Shown: positions 1 to 11,210, counted from the stretch's first letter. The stretch: DNA of 64,000 bases from Caldisphaera sp. (GCA_049971805.1 JBMFKU010000002.1:1-64000); one strand, 5' to 3'. Numbers and translations are program-made. The notes: a model not told the origin generated them from the sequence alone.

Positions 1-7
1 GGGTAAT

Positions 8-757
8 ATGGGTGGTAGTAGAGCTATTAAGGCAAGGATTTCGCCAGATTTTTGGCCTATTCCTAGAAAGCTCAGGCCGTGGGCTGTTAAATCGTCACCA
101 GGTCCTCATCCTATTGAAAGGAGTTTACCTTTATTGATTTTATTAAGGGACGTGCTGGGTTATGCTGAATCAGCTAAAGAAGCAAGGAAAGTGATTTCAG
201 AAGGAAAAATAAAGGTTGATGGAAAACCAGTTAAAAATTATAAATTTCCTGTAGGTGCAATGGATGTTATAGAGATACCTGAAACAGAGGAATATTATAG
301 GGTAGTACCATATCCTATCGATTACCTGAAATTATATAAGATATCGAAAGATGAATCATTAATAAAGCCAGTAAGAATAGAAAATAAGACAACTATTGCA
401 GGAGGAAGTGTACAATTGAATTTGTATGGTGGTAAAAATATTGTAATTAAGTTTGATAAAGGCGAAAAAAGGCAAATCCAATATAAGACACTTGATACTT
501 TATTAATTACATTGCCAGATCAAGAGATAAAAGACCATATATCATTAGAAGAGGGGGATCTAGCTATAGTTATGTGGGGTAAAAATGTGGGAAAGGTGGG
601 TAAGCTGATTTCAATAAACAAACAATGGGGTTGGAAGTGGACGTCTGTAACCCTTGAAGGAAAGGGTGGTAAACAGTTCCAGACAGCTTTAAATTATATA
701 TTGGTTATAGGGAAAGAGAAGCCAATAATATCTTTACCAGGTGAGTTGTTGCCATGA
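8..757 (+). CDS. rps4e: 30S ribosomal protein S4e
   Basis: SPGPHP, LRDVLGYA and FPVGAMDVI motifs; first of the S4e-L5-S14-S8 cluster. Confidence 0.97.
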   Translation: MGGSRAIKARISPDFWPIPRKLRPWAVKSSPGPHPIERSLPLLILLRDVLGYAESAKEARKVISEGKIKVDGKPVKNYKFPVGAMDVIEIPETEEYYRVVPYPIDYLKLYKISKDESLIKPVRIENKTTIAGGSVQLNLYGGKNIVIKFDKGEKRQIQYKTLDTLLITLPDQEIKDHISLEEGDLAIVMWGKNVGKVGKLISINKQWGWKWTSVTLEGKGGKQFQTALNYILVIGKEKPIISLPGELLP

Positions 758-1308
758 GTTTGGATGAAAATTATATTAATGAAATTGTAAAATCTTGGGA
801 GCAAAATCCTATGAAAAAGCCAAGAATAACTAAAGTAACTGTTAATATATCCTTAGGCCAGAGCGGAGAAAAACTAGTCAAAATACAAGATTTATTGACC
901 CAACTAACTGGTCAAAAAGCCTCACTAAGAAAGGCTAAAAAGACTGTAAGACCCTTTGGAATTAGAAAAGGAGAAAATATTGCAACAAGTGTTACTTTAA
1001 GAGGAGAAAAGGCGATAGCTTTTTTAAAGAAGGCATTAGATGCCGTAGGCCACAGAATTAAGAAAAGTAGCATAGATAAATATGGTAACGTTAGTTTTGG
1101 AATAACAGAATATATATTGTTGCCAGGAGCTAAGTATGACCCAGAAATTGGGATAGTAGGCATGGATGTTGTAATAACAATAGAAAGACCAGGATATAGA
1201 ATAGAAAGAAGAAAAATTAAAACGGCAAAAATTCCTGTAAGGCATAGGGTAAAGCCGGAAGAAACGATTGCGTTGCTCACAAAAGAATTTGGAGTAACAT
1301 TTATATGA
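754..1308 (+). CDS. rpl5: 50S ribosomal protein L5
   Basis: NPMKKPRITKVTVNI, FGIRKGE, YDPEIGIVGMDV. Confidence 0.97.
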   Translation: MSLDENYINEIVKSWEQNPMKKPRITKVTVNISLGQSGEKLVKIQDLLTQLTGQKASLRKAKKTVRPFGIRKGENIATSVTLRGEKAIAFLKKALDAVGHRIKKSSIDKYGNVSFGITEYILLPGAKYDPEIGIVGMDVVITIERPGYRIERRKIKTAKIPVRHRVKPEETIALLTKEFGVTFI

Positions 1309-1316
1309 GGTGATAC

Positions 1317-1484
1317 ATGTTGGGTAAGATTAAACCGCCAAAGTCTAAAATGATGGGAAGAGGAGCACAGAAATGTCAACGTTGTGGAACAAGAGATGCA
1401 GTTATACAAAAATATGGAATTTATTTATGTAGGCAGTGTTTTAGAGAGGTTGCACCATCTTTAGGTTTTAAAAAATATAAGTAG
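1317..1484 (+). CDS. rps14: 30S ribosomal protein S14 (zinc-binding; not in ORF track)
   Basis: Manual translation [55 protein letters not shown]; GAGGTGA RBS; lies between L5 and S8. Confidence 0.96.
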   Translation: MLGKIKPPKSKMMGRGAQKCQRCGTRDAVIQKYGIYLCRQCFREVAPSLGFKKYK

Positions 1485-1494
1485 GTGATGTTAA

Positions 1495-1890
1495 ATGGTA
1501 GATATATTAGCCAATCATTTATCATCAATAATGAATTCAGAGGCAAGAGGTCAGAGAGAAGTAATTTTGATGCCTGCATCAAAACTTTCAGCATCTGTTT
1601 TAAGAGTGTTGCAAAAGGAAGGTTATATAGGGGAATTTGAGTACATTGATGATGGTAGATATGGTAAATTTAAGGTACAATTATTAGGTAGAATAAATAA
1701 AATAGGTGCTGTTAAGCCTAGGATTTCAATCAGATATAATGAATTACTTAGACTACCAGAAAATCTTAGAAGATTTCTTGCTAGCAGGGATTTGGGGTAT
1801 TTAATATTATCAACAAACCAAGGTGTTATAACTCATAAAGATGCCTTAGTTAAAAAGTTAGGTGGAATTGTAATAGCATATGTATATTGA
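1495..1890 (+). CDS. rps8: 30S ribosomal protein S8
   Basis: EGYIGEFEYIDDGRYG, ILSTNQGVITH. Confidence 0.97.
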   Translation: MVDILANHLSSIMNSEARGQREVILMPASKLSASVLRVLQKEGYIGEFEYIDDGRYGKFKVQLLGRINKIGAVKPRISIRYNELLRLPENLRRFLASRDLGYLILSTNQGVITHKDALVKKLGGIVIAYVY

Positions 1891-1950
1891 TATTATAAAT
1901 TCAATTTAATTTTTATATTTCTTTGTGCTTATATAGCAATAGGTGTTAAG

Positions 1951-2712
1951 ATGGCTAAAGTAAAAGCAGTTTATTCATCAGGGACGAAATTTAAAAGAAT
2001 TGCACAAGCCCTTGCAAGAATTAATGACGAAGGTATTTTATATTTTAATAAAGACGGGTTATTATCTTGGTTTTTTAGTCCAGACAAAACTGTTCTAGGC
2101 GTTTTTAGAGTTTCTTCTACAGCATTTGATGAATTATCTATTGATAATGATATATCCATAACTTTAGATATGAGCGAGCTCAGCAAGGTTTTAAAGAGGT
2201 CTACAAGAAATGATAAAATATCAATGGAATATTCAACAGGTAATAGTTTTATGAGAGTTACTCTTATTGATGAAAAAACAGGAGTTGAAAGGTCTTTTGA
2301 GGTTTCTGCAGGGGAGTCTGAAGAAAATAAACTTAAGGAAATAAAGATGTCACCAACAGCGAGATTTGTATTATCATCTGATGACATTAATACTTTAATA
2401 AAGGATGCAGATCTGATAAGCGATTCTATAAAGATAACAGGAAAAGATGATAAAATTATAGTGGAGTCGAATAGTGAAGAAAGGTTTTATCAATGGATTA
2501 TGAAGAAAGATAACCCATTGCAAGAAATAAATATCGAAGAGGAGGCTATATCAACATACAGTTTAAATGCATTAAAAGCATCTGTAGAGCCGATAACTAC
2601 AGTTGCTGAAAGTGTAACATTAGAATTTTCTACAGATTTTCCATTAAAAATAGAATTTAGTATATCAGGTCCAGAAGAGTTTGTTATGTATATAGCTCCT
2701 ATTTCTACATAA
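1951..2712 (+). CDS. pcna: PCNA sliding clamp (one of the crenarchaeal paralogs)
   Basis: About 250 aa; SPDKTVL, V-L-FS-DFPLKIEF and C-terminal YIAP typical of PCNA. Confidence 0.9.
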   Translation: MAKVKAVYSSGTKFKRIAQALARINDEGILYFNKDGLLSWFFSPDKTVLGVFRVSSTAFDELSIDNDISITLDMSELSKVLKRSTRNDKISMEYSTGNSFMRVTLIDEKTGVERSFEVSAGESEENKLKEIKMSPTARFVLSSDDINTLIKDADLISDSIKITGKDDKIIVESNSEERFYQWIMKKDNPLQEINIEEEAISTYSLNALKASVEPITTVAESVTLEFSTDFPLKIEFSISGPEEFVMYIAPIST

Positions 2713-2903
2713 TTATTGTGGTCTAATTTAAAAACTGGGTCGTAGTTCTTTATCTGGCTTTCTTTGTTCTAGATTTCTGCGTAATTTTAAAGATCAATGT
2801 TTTTAAAATCTTTATAAATTTTTAGAAAAGTTTTAATTCTTTACTTGCTATATTTAGATTTAGGATAAAATACAAATAACGGAAATAAAATGGAGGAAAG
2901 CAG

Positions 2904-3884
2904 ATGTCTGAAAGAAGAGATAAAGATTTTTTATATAGAGTAATAGCGGAGTTATATAATAGAGCTAAATATATTGAGGTAATAGATTATCCTAAAAGCA
3001 TTAATAGGAGAAGTATAGATATAGCGGTACAATTGAAGAATAATAAATTTCTTTTAGTTAAAGTTGCACACAATTTAGATGATATACCAAAAGGAGAAAT
3101 AACAGAGTTATTAGGTCTTTCTATAAGATTAGGAATACCATCAGTAATAATATCTGAAAAAAATAAGGGTATATTATTGGTTGAAGGTGTTGTATATGAG
3201 AAAAATGGTGCAAAGGCTGTTGCTTTAGAAACTTTGATATCAGCAATAGAAAATAATGACATATTTATATATCAAGATAAAGAAAGCTTCAAGGTAAAGA
3301 TTAATCCAAATAAACTAAAAGAAAAAAGGATTAATAGAAATATGAGCCTAGGAGAAGTAGCTTCTATGTTGAAGGTTTCTAGAAGGTCTGTGTATGAATA
3401 TGAAAGAGGTACAATGGAGCCTTCTACAAATTTGGGAGAGAAGTTAATAAACATATTTGGCGAAGATATACTACAGCCTGTTGATTTGTTTTTAACAAAT
3501 CCGAACGAGAATCAAATTATGCAAATAGAAGAGCAACCAGCTGATGTACAAGAAGAAGAGATAATATCAAACAGATTAAGGCAGCTTGGATTTATTACAT
3601 ATCATGCAAAAAGAACTGTACTTGATATAGGTGCTAGAAATGATCAAGGAAATAAAATACTAATAATAGTAAGACATGGAAAAGAGGGAGCATCTGCTTT
3701 ATCTATAAAGGCTCAAAATTTAGAAAAGTTAAGCGATGCAACAAATTCAGATTCATATATAGTAGTGGGAGATGAAAAAAATTTGTTAAAAGAGATAGAG
3801 ATTGAGAAAGCTAAAGCTTTTACACTTGAAGAGTTCATAGAATTTCTCAGGAGGAATTTTGAGCAACATAACAAACAAAAATAA
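2904..3884 (+). CDS. XRE-family HTH transcriptional regulator (COG1395-like)
   Basis: Central HTH MSLGEVASMLKVSRRSVYEYERG; N-terminal RSIDIA. Confidence 0.85.
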   Translation: MSERRDKDFLYRVIAELYNRAKYIEVIDYPKSINRRSIDIAVQLKNNKFLLVKVAHNLDDIPKGEITELLGLSIRLGIPSVIISEKNKGILLVEGVVYEKNGAKAVALETLISAIENNDIFIYQDKESFKVKINPNKLKEKRINRNMSLGEVASMLKVSRRSVYEYERGTMEPSTNLGEKLINIFGEDILQPVDLFLTNPNENQIMQIEEQPADVQEEEIISNRLRQLGFITYHAKRTVLDIGARNDQGNKILIIVRHGKEGASALSIKAQNLEKLSDATNSDSYIVVGDEKNLLKEIEIEKAKAFTLEEFIEFLRRNFEQHNKQK

Positions 3885-4440
3885 AAAGATATTAGCTATA
3901 ACTGGTTATCCAGGTGTTGGTAAAAGTACTCTTGCTCTAAAAATAGCTGAAGAAATAAAAAATTTTGGTTGTTTAATTGGTGGGTTTATTACCCCAGAAA
4001 AAAGAATAAACAATATAAGGGTTGGGTTTTCGATAATAGATTTAATTTCTAACAAAGAATTTGAATTAGCATCAATAAATAAAATAAGTGATATAAAAAT
4101 AGGAAGATACTATATTAATAAAAATATAGGTTATTTCTTGGACAATTTAATAAAAAATGCGGTAGAAAACACAGACGTTATTTTAATAGATGAGATAGGG
4201 CCAATGGAACTTAAAATAGAAAGTATTGATAAATCCATTCTATATGCATTGAATTCTGGAAAACCCATCTTAACTACATTTTATATAAAACTGAAGCAAA
4301 TTAAACCAGAAATTTTTAGTATTTTAAGCTTAGGAGAGGTCATACAAATTGGCTTTGAAAATAGATACAGCTTAAGCAAAAAAGCAAATGAGTTTGCAAG
4401 GTGGCTAATAGATGGATCTTGCAGTTCTAAAGGAAGGTAA
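3859..4440 (+). CDS. NTPase (COG1618/THEP1 family)
   Basis: ITGYPGVGKST Walker A, GGFITPE, IDEIGPME. Confidence 0.92.
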   Translation: MSNITNKNKKILAITGYPGVGKSTLALKIAEEIKNFGCLIGGFITPEKRINNIRVGFSIIDLISNKEFELASINKISDIKIGRYYINKNIGYFLDNLIKNAVENTDVILIDEIGPMELKIESIDKSILYALNSGKPILTTFYIKLKQIKPEIFSILSLGEVIQIGFENRYSLSKKANEFARWLIDGSCSSKGR

Positions 4441-5575
4441 GGCAATCCTATATGTGCCAGAGACTAAAAATGCTATGATAAAGCCAGGAATTATAGAACC
4501 GAGTCATTTGCCAGTTTTTTATAATCCTGTTATGATCTTTAATAGAGACGTTTCTATGGTTTCTTTAAGTTCATTTATAGAAGTGTATTGGCCGGGAAAG
4601 AAACTAAATGCAATAGATGCGTTATCAGCAACTGGTGTTAGAGGAATTAGATATTCCTTAGAGGTAAGCAATCTATCAGAGTTAATTATCAACGATAACG
4701 ATCCTTTAGCATATGAAATTATGCTAAAAAATATAAAATTAAATAAGGTTGAAGATAAAGTAAAAGCATATAAAAGGGAAGCTAATAGCCTTATGAGATC
4801 ATTAAAGTTTGAAGAAAATAAACCTATAAACATAATAGATCTAGACCCTTTTGGAAGCATAATCCCATTCATTGATTCAGCAATATCAATATCATCTAAA
4901 GGAAGTCTTTTAGCCCTGACTGCAACGGATTTAGCAGTAATTGGAGGCTCAAAATTCAGAGCAGCAAAAAGAAAATATCAAGTAAATTTAATCAATACAA
5001 AGCATTATAGAGAAATAGCAGTAAGAGCATTGATAGCATATATAGCAAAAATATCAGCCGCTTATGATAGATCAATAATACCATTACTTTCTTACAGTTC
5101 TGATCATTATGCTCGCCTTTACTTATTAATTGATAAGGGAGCTAAAAAGGCAGAGAATATGCTTGAAAAGGAAATAGGTTATTTCATTTTATATAATGGT
5201 CTTATGGAGTTTGCTGACAACTATAGCGAGAAAATATTGGGACCAATATGGAAGGGTGAAATAATCAATAAAGATTTTGCAGTAAATATATATAATAATC
5301 TTATCAATAACTATAAATATCTAGAATCTTATGAAAGAATAGAAAAATTTTTTAATATCATAATTAGGGAATCAGAGCTTCAAAACTATTTACATCAAAG
5401 AATAGACACAATTTGCCAATATCAGCATAAAAGTATGCCATCTATAGAAAAATTTATTGAAGAGCTTGAGAAGCTAAATTATAAAGCCTCTAGATCTTCT
5501 TTTTCTAGTGTAGGAATAAGAACCAATGCGCCCATAGAGGTGCTAGTAGATATTTGTAAAAAACTTTCAAAATAG
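4412..5575 (+). CDS. trm1: tRNA G26 N2,N2-dimethyltransferase
   Basis: VFYNPVMIFNRD, DALSATGVRGIRY, IDLDPFGS, RTNAP. Confidence 0.95.
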   Translation: MDLAVLKEGKAILYVPETKNAMIKPGIIEPSHLPVFYNPVMIFNRDVSMVSLSSFIEVYWPGKKLNAIDALSATGVRGIRYSLEVSNLSELIINDNDPLAYEIMLKNIKLNKVEDKVKAYKREANSLMRSLKFEENKPINIIDLDPFGSIIPFIDSAISISSKGSLLALTATDLAVIGGSKFRAAKRKYQVNLINTKHYREIAVRALIAYIAKISAAYDRSIIPLLSYSSDHYARLYLLIDKGAKKAENMLEKEIGYFILYNGLMEFADNYSEKILGPIWKGEIINKDFAVNIYNNLINNYKYLESYERIEKFFNIIIRESELQNYLHQRIDTICQYQHKSMPSIEKFIEELEKLNYKASRSSFSSVGIRTNAPIEVLVDICKKLSK

Positions 5576-5645
5576 AAAAACCTAAAATCATTTTAGAAAA
5601 AATTATTATTTTAGCTTAACTAATAATAATGGGGCCGAAATAATA

Positions 5646-6773
5646 GTGTCAGAAGCAAAAAAGCCACTAATACTAATAATCGATATAGATGATGATATAG
5701 GTAGTGTAACTGGTAAGTCTCTTTTGGTTGGAATTGATGAGATTAAAAAAATAGCTTTGGATTTTGCTATTAAAAGACCTGAAGATGCTGATACAAATGC
5801 GATATTTGCTGGACTGAATCTCTATGAGAGTCTAAAATCATTATCAAATGATCCCGAGATAGCGATCATAGGAGGGCACCCAACAAATAGTATGTTAGCG
5901 CAAACAATAATTAAAGATAGAACAAAGCAGATTTTGGATAGGCTTGAAAACAAGAATGTAGAGCTTTATTTAGTAAGTGATGGAACTGATGAGTTGTTGG
6001 TTGCAGAGGTATTAAGGGATTTAGCCCCAGTAGCTGGACTAAAAAGAGTTATAGTTGAGCAGCATCTAGGGGTAGAAGGTAGTTATTTTTTATTAGCAAG
6101 ATATTTAAGAAAAGCTATTGATGATCCAAGGTATTCAAAATATTTTTTAGGAGTTCCTGGGGTTTTAATAGCATTATTTGGAATATTATCAGTTTTTGGT
6201 TATATTTATTTTGCATTAAAAATTGTGCTAGCGGTTGCAGGAGTTTTCTTAATAATTAAAGGATTTAATATTGAAAATAGAACTTTTCTTGCTCTTAAAA
6301 ACTTCGCTAATTATATAAGAGAGACAAGCCATTTTCAAGTTGCAGGTTTAGGTCTTTTGCTAGTTAGCCTTTTTGCTAGCATATTTGCAGGTTATTATTC
6401 TGTAATAAATAAGAGCTTATTGATTGTTAGAACAGGTAGCATTCTTGAAAATTCATTCCCTGTATTATTTATAGGGTTTATATTATATATTGTTATAGCA
6501 AGGATTTTTTATAAAGTGACGAGAAGTAATTTCAATATATTAAGAGAAACGGCACAGATTGTGGTATTGATATCATTAGCCTTTTCTTTCTATCAGCTAG
6601 GTTTAAGTTTAATAAATATAGGACCTAAATTAAGTGTAATAACAGGCTATGATATAGTAGCTATATTTATAGGTAGTGGGTTCTTGCTATATGTTGTTAT
6701 GGGTGCGGGAATCGCGTCGTTAATAGAACTAGCCGACTATCTTCATTTTAAGCGTGGTAAAAAATCTAGTTAA
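5646..6773 (+). CDS. DUF373 family membrane protein
   Basis: IDIDDDIG, PEDADTNAIFAG, VSDGTDE, RVIVEQ, then several TM segments. Confidence 0.85.
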   Translation: MSEAKKPLILIIDIDDDIGSVTGKSLLVGIDEIKKIALDFAIKRPEDADTNAIFAGLNLYESLKSLSNDPEIAIIGGHPTNSMLAQTIIKDRTKQILDRLENKNVELYLVSDGTDELLVAEVLRDLAPVAGLKRVIVEQHLGVEGSYFLLARYLRKAIDDPRYSKYFLGVPGVLIALFGILSVFGYIYFALKIVLAVAGVFLIIKGFNIENRTFLALKNFANYIRETSHFQVAGLGLLLVSLFASIFAGYYSVINKSLLIVRTGSILENSFPVLFIGFILYIVIARIFYKVTRSNFNILRETAQIVVLISLAFSFYQLGLSLINIGPKLSVITGYDIVAIFIGSGFLLYVVMGAGIASLIELADYLHFKRGKKSS

Positions 6774-7293
6774 ATATGAGCTGATAAAAATGGAAAATGA
6801 AAGATATTTAGAATTAGAAAATAAAGATAACCGTTTATTTATTAAAGAGTGCTTTATTAAGGATTATTGCAAACAATTAGAAAAATATAATATTATTAAT
6901 GATAATAGAATCGATGAACTAGAGGGCATATATTTAATTACTATTGATAAGGCAACTATAAATCAAAAAAGCGGATGGTCGGAAGCAATAGAGCTTTTAA
7001 GAAAAATGAATTTAGAACTTCATTACTATATAGTCTATTACGATTTAAGAAAAAGAGGAAGAAGGGTTTGGAAAGGTATTAGAGAATCAACACTAATTGC
7101 TGAAATGCCAAATCAGAGAAAATTGGAAGTCTTAATATTAAAGGAAGGAAATGAAATAAATCCTATAAAGATTGCAAACTGGAGCGAACTTGCAGTTGCC
7201 GATGCGCATACACCCATAGTTGCTATAGTTGATAAAAATGGCGAAGTAACCTATTATGAATCAAGGATTTTTAACAACTTTGCTAGTTACTAA
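6754..7293 (+). CDS. tRNA splicing endonuclease, non-catalytic structural (beta) subunit
   Basis: IVYYDLRKRG and AIVDKNGEVTYY EndA-fold motifs; catalytic Tyr/His/Lys context (GLKYG.DF..Y) absent. Confidence 0.75.
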   Translation: MVKNLVKYELIKMENERYLELENKDNRLFIKECFIKDYCKQLEKYNIINDNRIDELEGIYLITIDKATINQKSGWSEAIELLRKMNLELHYYIVYYDLRKRGRRVWKGIRESTLIAEMPNQRKLEVLILKEGNEINPIKIANWSELAVADAHTPIVAIVDKNGEVTYYESRIFNNFASY

Positions 7294-7325
7294 TTTTAGA
7301 GTATATTTATTTTAATAAAAAGGGA

Positions 7326-8483
7326 CTAATCTATCCAGTCTTGAGTTTGTATTTTTTCTGGTATATATTGAAATGCTAAAAATTTTAGTCCTTTGCTAGC
7401 CATCGCTTCTATTTCTAGTTTTGACTTTTTATCCATAAACATATCTATTTCCCTTTTCCATAATTTTGAGTGGAACCATGAATATTTCATTAATTCTTTG
7501 GCCCTTTTTATGTCTAAATCCTTTGCCTTTATAATGAAGTTCCTTCTCTCTTCATCATTAAGATAGGGTTTCTTTGTACCATAACCAAATATGTCACTCA
7601 TAGAAACCCCTAAAAACTTTGCCTTTGGCGTTGCAAGCCTTTCACTTTCATAGCTTAATTGTATACTACCAACCTTAAATACGCTATATATGTACCATCC
7701 ATATGGATCTGAATCAGTGAGGATATAAACAGGCAATTTTAATTCTTCATTTAGTCTTCTTACAAATCTTCTAGTTGCTCTATCTGGTTGTCCTGCCCCA
7801 GTAACTAAAAGGGTCTTATATTTTTGCCAAAAACCTGCTCTATGTAATTGTTGAAATACTGCATCTTTTTCTACAACTAATACAATCTCTGCATCGTAAT
7901 CTAAAAATTCTATTAAATCAGGTGTAGATTCTATGGCATAAGCACCATGGCCTAGTTTGGACAAATCTATAACATCATTACCGCTTCTTATTCTCATATT
8001 TCCAACTACTTTACCTTTTTCTTTACTCAATATTAACATATCTTCTCTTAGTAAACCAGTCATAACTTCTACGTCTCTAATAGATGCATCACTTTCTGAT
8101 TGCTCTTCCCATGTATTTTCCTCTTTAAGTCTTCCATTCAAATCTTTATAGTGTATTGTATGTTTTCCCCTATAATACAGATCTCTTATTGTAGGATATT
8201 CATTTTCAACTAAAGCTTGATATATTATAGAAGCCATAAGCAAGGTCTGCATAAATTTTTTAGCCTCATTCATATTGAGAAAATTCCTTTCTATTCTCCT
8301 AATACCTAGCTTGAGTATTCCTTTGTTAGGATCAAAAACAGTATTTGCAAGAGTTCTCATAGGTATTTCGAGCTTTGGGGCTTGTTCTTTATTCAATGTA
8401 GTTGATAGATTGCTAAACTTTTTATGGAAAAGCTCAGCAACTTTTTTCCTCGTTTCAATATCAATTTTATCGATGTGTGACAT
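7326..8483 (-). CDS. top6A: DNA topoisomerase VI subunit A
   Basis: PTIRDLYY catalytic Tyr, VVEKDAVF and LTDSDPYG TOPRIM motifs. Confidence 0.97.
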   Translation of the reverse strand: MSHIDKIDIETRKKVAELFHKKFSNLSTTLNKEQAPKLEIPMRTLANTVFDPNKGILKLGIRRIERNFLNMNEAKKFMQTLLMASIIYQALVENEYPTIRDLYYRGKHTIHYKDLNGRLKEENTWEEQSESDASIRDVEVMTGLLREDMLILSKEKGKVVGNMRIRSGNDVIDLSKLGHGAYAIESTPDLIEFLDYDAEIVLVVEKDAVFQQLHRAGFWQKYKTLLVTGAGQPDRATRRFVRRLNEELKLPVYILTDSDPYGWYIYSVFKVGSIQLSYESERLATPKAKFLGVSMSDIFGYGTKKPYLNDEERRNFIIKAKDLDIKRAKELMKYSWFHSKLWKREIDMFMDKKSKLEIEAMASKGLKFLAFQYIPEKIQTQDWID

Positions 8484-8494
8484 TTTGTATCACC

Positions 8495-10171
8495 TTACTC
8501 TTCTAATTTAATGCTTGCTATGACAGACCTAACAATCTTTTCCGGATTTTCCTCTTTCCCATCAATTTTAGGCAATTCAATAGATTTAGATACGATCCTA
8601 ACCAAGCTCTCTGTTAAGACTTTATCTCTATTATCTTTTTCTTTCCCCCATTTATCTGGTGGAATAGATAATACCGATAGACTTCTTGCAACTTCTGGTA
8701 TATACTTTGATATTGTTACTATTTTTTCCCTTAGAGTCGTTTCGCTTTTTTTCTTGGATATAAACAGCCTTAAGCTTCTTGCAACTTCCTGTATCGCATT
8801 TTTTATTTCATTTTCTAGCTCTGTTACTTCGCTCAAACTTTCTTTTCCAACACCTTTATAAGGAACTTTAGTGCTAGCTACATGAACTAGCACAACTAAT
8901 GGCATAGGCTGTTCTACATTATATAGTTTCCAATTAATACTGCTAACAACCTTATAGGAAACATCTTCCCTTTCTTCATAAAGTAATGGTATTTTATTGG
9001 CATACCTTAAAAGTATTGGTTCCTCTGATGGTTGTATATTACCACCATAGGCCATTCCTACCTCTACTATAAACGGATGGCCCTCATAGGCCTTAGCTTG
9101 TCTAGTTAATGCCTTTACCCATTCAGGATTAAATAATCTTCTTAAGCCAACCTCTATTAATTCCTCTCCTATAGGACTAAGATAATCACTTCTAGGAGGC
9201 CTAAAACCCTTGTATGTTCTAAGTCCAGTTGCCATTTTCTGTAATAGCTTTGAATTGCCTTTTTCTATTAACTTTTTAGGATTCATATTTGGCTCTAATT
9301 CTATGCTTTCTAAAAATTTTTTTGCCGTTATCTCTCCTATGCTCTGAAATTCGTTAATCATAAATTCTAGCAATGTTTTTGATTTCGTTGATGTAATCAT
9401 CATTTTTAATTGCTCTATATCTATTCCATGTGGATGAGGTTTTGCTTCTACTGGAGGTTTTGGCATCTTTTTAGTTACTCTTGGGAAATAGTATATTTCT
9501 TTTTCTGGAGTTTCAAATATTATTTCTGCATATGGCGCTATTAAAGCTGTTCTTTTTATATACTCTATAATTTTTTGCTTGGCTCTTGTCCAGTCACCTT
9601 CTAAATTTAAAAATACTTTTGTTCCATGCCAATTGCTTCTTTTCATTAATTGTCCTTCCTCTAATATTATTGGTTCGTTCTTCTTAACATCAATTAAAAT
9701 TTTCTTATAGTAAATGTTCTCGCTATTGTCTGTAGACGATACTATAAATACTGGTTGGCCTGTAGTCATTTGAGAATAAAGTATAGCAGCCTTTATGCCG
9801 AGGCCGTACATTCCTCTGGTCTGTCTAATTATATATTTACTACTATACAATACTTTACCAAAGGCATTTGCCATTACTGTCGGAGGTACTCCAACTCCAT
9901 TATCTTCTGCTGATACAACATATTTTGCTGGCTTATCATCAGTTGAAGGCTCTATTTCCTTAATAAATATCTTAACTTCGGGTAAAACATTATGATTATC
10001 TGTTGCATCTAATGAGTTTTCAACTAATTCTCTAATAGTCTGATATAAAGCTCTTGTTGGATTTGCAAAGCCAGATAATTCCTTGTTTTTCGCAAAAAAT
10101 TCAGCAATACTCATTTCTCTATATTTTTCTTGTGTGTTTATTCTTTCTTCAGATGTGGCCTCGGCACACAT
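8495..10171 (-). CDS. top6B: DNA topoisomerase VI subunit B
   Basis: [27 protein letters not shown] ATPase motifs. Confidence 0.97.
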   Translation of the reverse strand: MCAEATSEERINTQEKYREMSIAEFFAKNKELSGFANPTRALYQTIRELVENSLDATDNHNVLPEVKIFIKEIEPSTDDKPAKYVVSAEDNGVGVPPTVMANAFGKVLYSSKYIIRQTRGMYGLGIKAAILYSQMTTGQPVFIVSSTDNSENIYYKKILIDVKKNEPIILEEGQLMKRSNWHGTKVFLNLEGDWTRAKQKIIEYIKRTALIAPYAEIIFETPEKEIYYFPRVTKKMPKPPVEAKPHPHGIDIEQLKMMITSTKSKTLLEFMINEFQSIGEITAKKFLESIELEPNMNPKKLIEKGNSKLLQKMATGLRTYKGFRPPRSDYLSPIGEELIEVGLRRLFNPEWVKALTRQAKAYEGHPFIVEVGMAYGGNIQPSEEPILLRYANKIPLLYEEREDVSYKVVSSINWKLYNVEQPMPLVVLVHVASTKVPYKGVGKESLSEVTELENEIKNAIQEVARSLRLFISKKKSETTLREKIVTISKYIPEVARSLSVLSIPPDKWGKEKDNRDKVLTESLVRIVSKSIELPKIDGKEENPEKIVRSVIASIKLEE

Positions 10172-10265
10172 TTTTTTACACCTCTGTTCTATTTCCTGAG
10201 CTACATTTAATACCAGTAAAAGGTGTATTGAGAGAGTTTTAATATTTTAATATTTTAATATTATT

Positions 10266-11210
10266 TTAATACTTTATTAACTTTAATAAATATGCGGCCA
10301 AAATCGGCAAAGTTATTGTTGCATCACCATAAACAATAGATTTTTTAGCATTTGGCTTTATCTTACCCCAGGTTATGGCTTCTCTGGGCATTGCCCCGCT
10401 TAAGCTTCCATCCCATTCTACAGCTGTAGTTAAATAAACTGCATATTCTAGCCCTCCTTTAAATTGGCTCCACCAAATAGTATGATGTTTGCTAATTCCA
10501 CCCCCTATTATTAATGCAGCGGCATTAACATTTTCCCTAAAAAATATGTCAGAAAGTTTTTGCATATCCTTAAAATAGTTTATCTTAATTTTGTTTCCTT
10601 TTTGATATTCCATAAATAAATTTGTTCCAAATGATCCATCAGCCCACCCAGGGACAAATATATCTACATTGTTTTCTTTAGCCGCTCTAATAAAACTATT
10701 TTCATCGTCTAACAGGCTACCGGCTAAATTTAATAGCTCATATATACCCCATTCATCTTTTTTCAGCAAAGCTTCTTTTACTAATTTTTCAACAAATTTC
10801 TCAACCTTCAATCCATAATCTTCAATTTTAATGTAAACATTCCCTAGCCTATGCATATCATGATTATATAGACTTACATCGTCTGCTTCAAAATATCCCT
10901 TTAAATATTTCCCTCCAGTTGATCTGGCAATATCATGGTCAAGAGCTCCACAAGTAGTTATAACTACATTAAATAGCTTGTTTTTAATCAATTGTGTTAT
11001 TATTCCTCTAAGACCTGTTGATATAAGGTTTCCGGTAAATGATATTATTCTTATATCAGATGATTTTAAACCTTCATAAAGTAGGTTAGCAGCATTATAA
11101 AGATGTCCTGCCATAAATCCATGTATATCTCCATAAATCTTTATTAATTCTTCTATTGGGATGCTTGGATCGACTCTTGAATCCTTTACTGGCTCAAAAT
11201 TGTCTGACAA
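10266..11210 (-). CDS. dys: Deoxyhypusine synthase
   Basis: FTGNLISTGLR, GGGISKHH, DGSLSGA.PREAITWGK. Confidence 0.96.
   Translation of the reverse strand: MSDNFEPVKDSRVDPSIPIEELIKIYGDIHGFMAGHLYNAANLLYEGLKSSDIRIISFTGNLISTGLRGIITQLIKNKLFNVVITTCGALDHDIARSTGGKYLKGYFEADDVSLYNHDMHRLGNVYIKIEDYGLKVEKFVEKLVKEALLKKDEWGIYELLNLAGSLLDDENSFIRAAKENNVDIFVPGWADGSFGTNLFMEYQKGNKIKINYFKDMQKLSDIFFRENVNAAALIIGGGISKHHTIWWSQFKGGLEYAVYLTTAVEWDGSLSGAMPREAITWGKIKPNAKKSIVYGDATITLPILAAYLLKLIKY

Noticed and set aside
10236-10270. Tandem TTTTAATA repeats
   Set aside because: Low-complexity AT-rich intergenic sequence at the dys stop; no spacers, so not CRISPR
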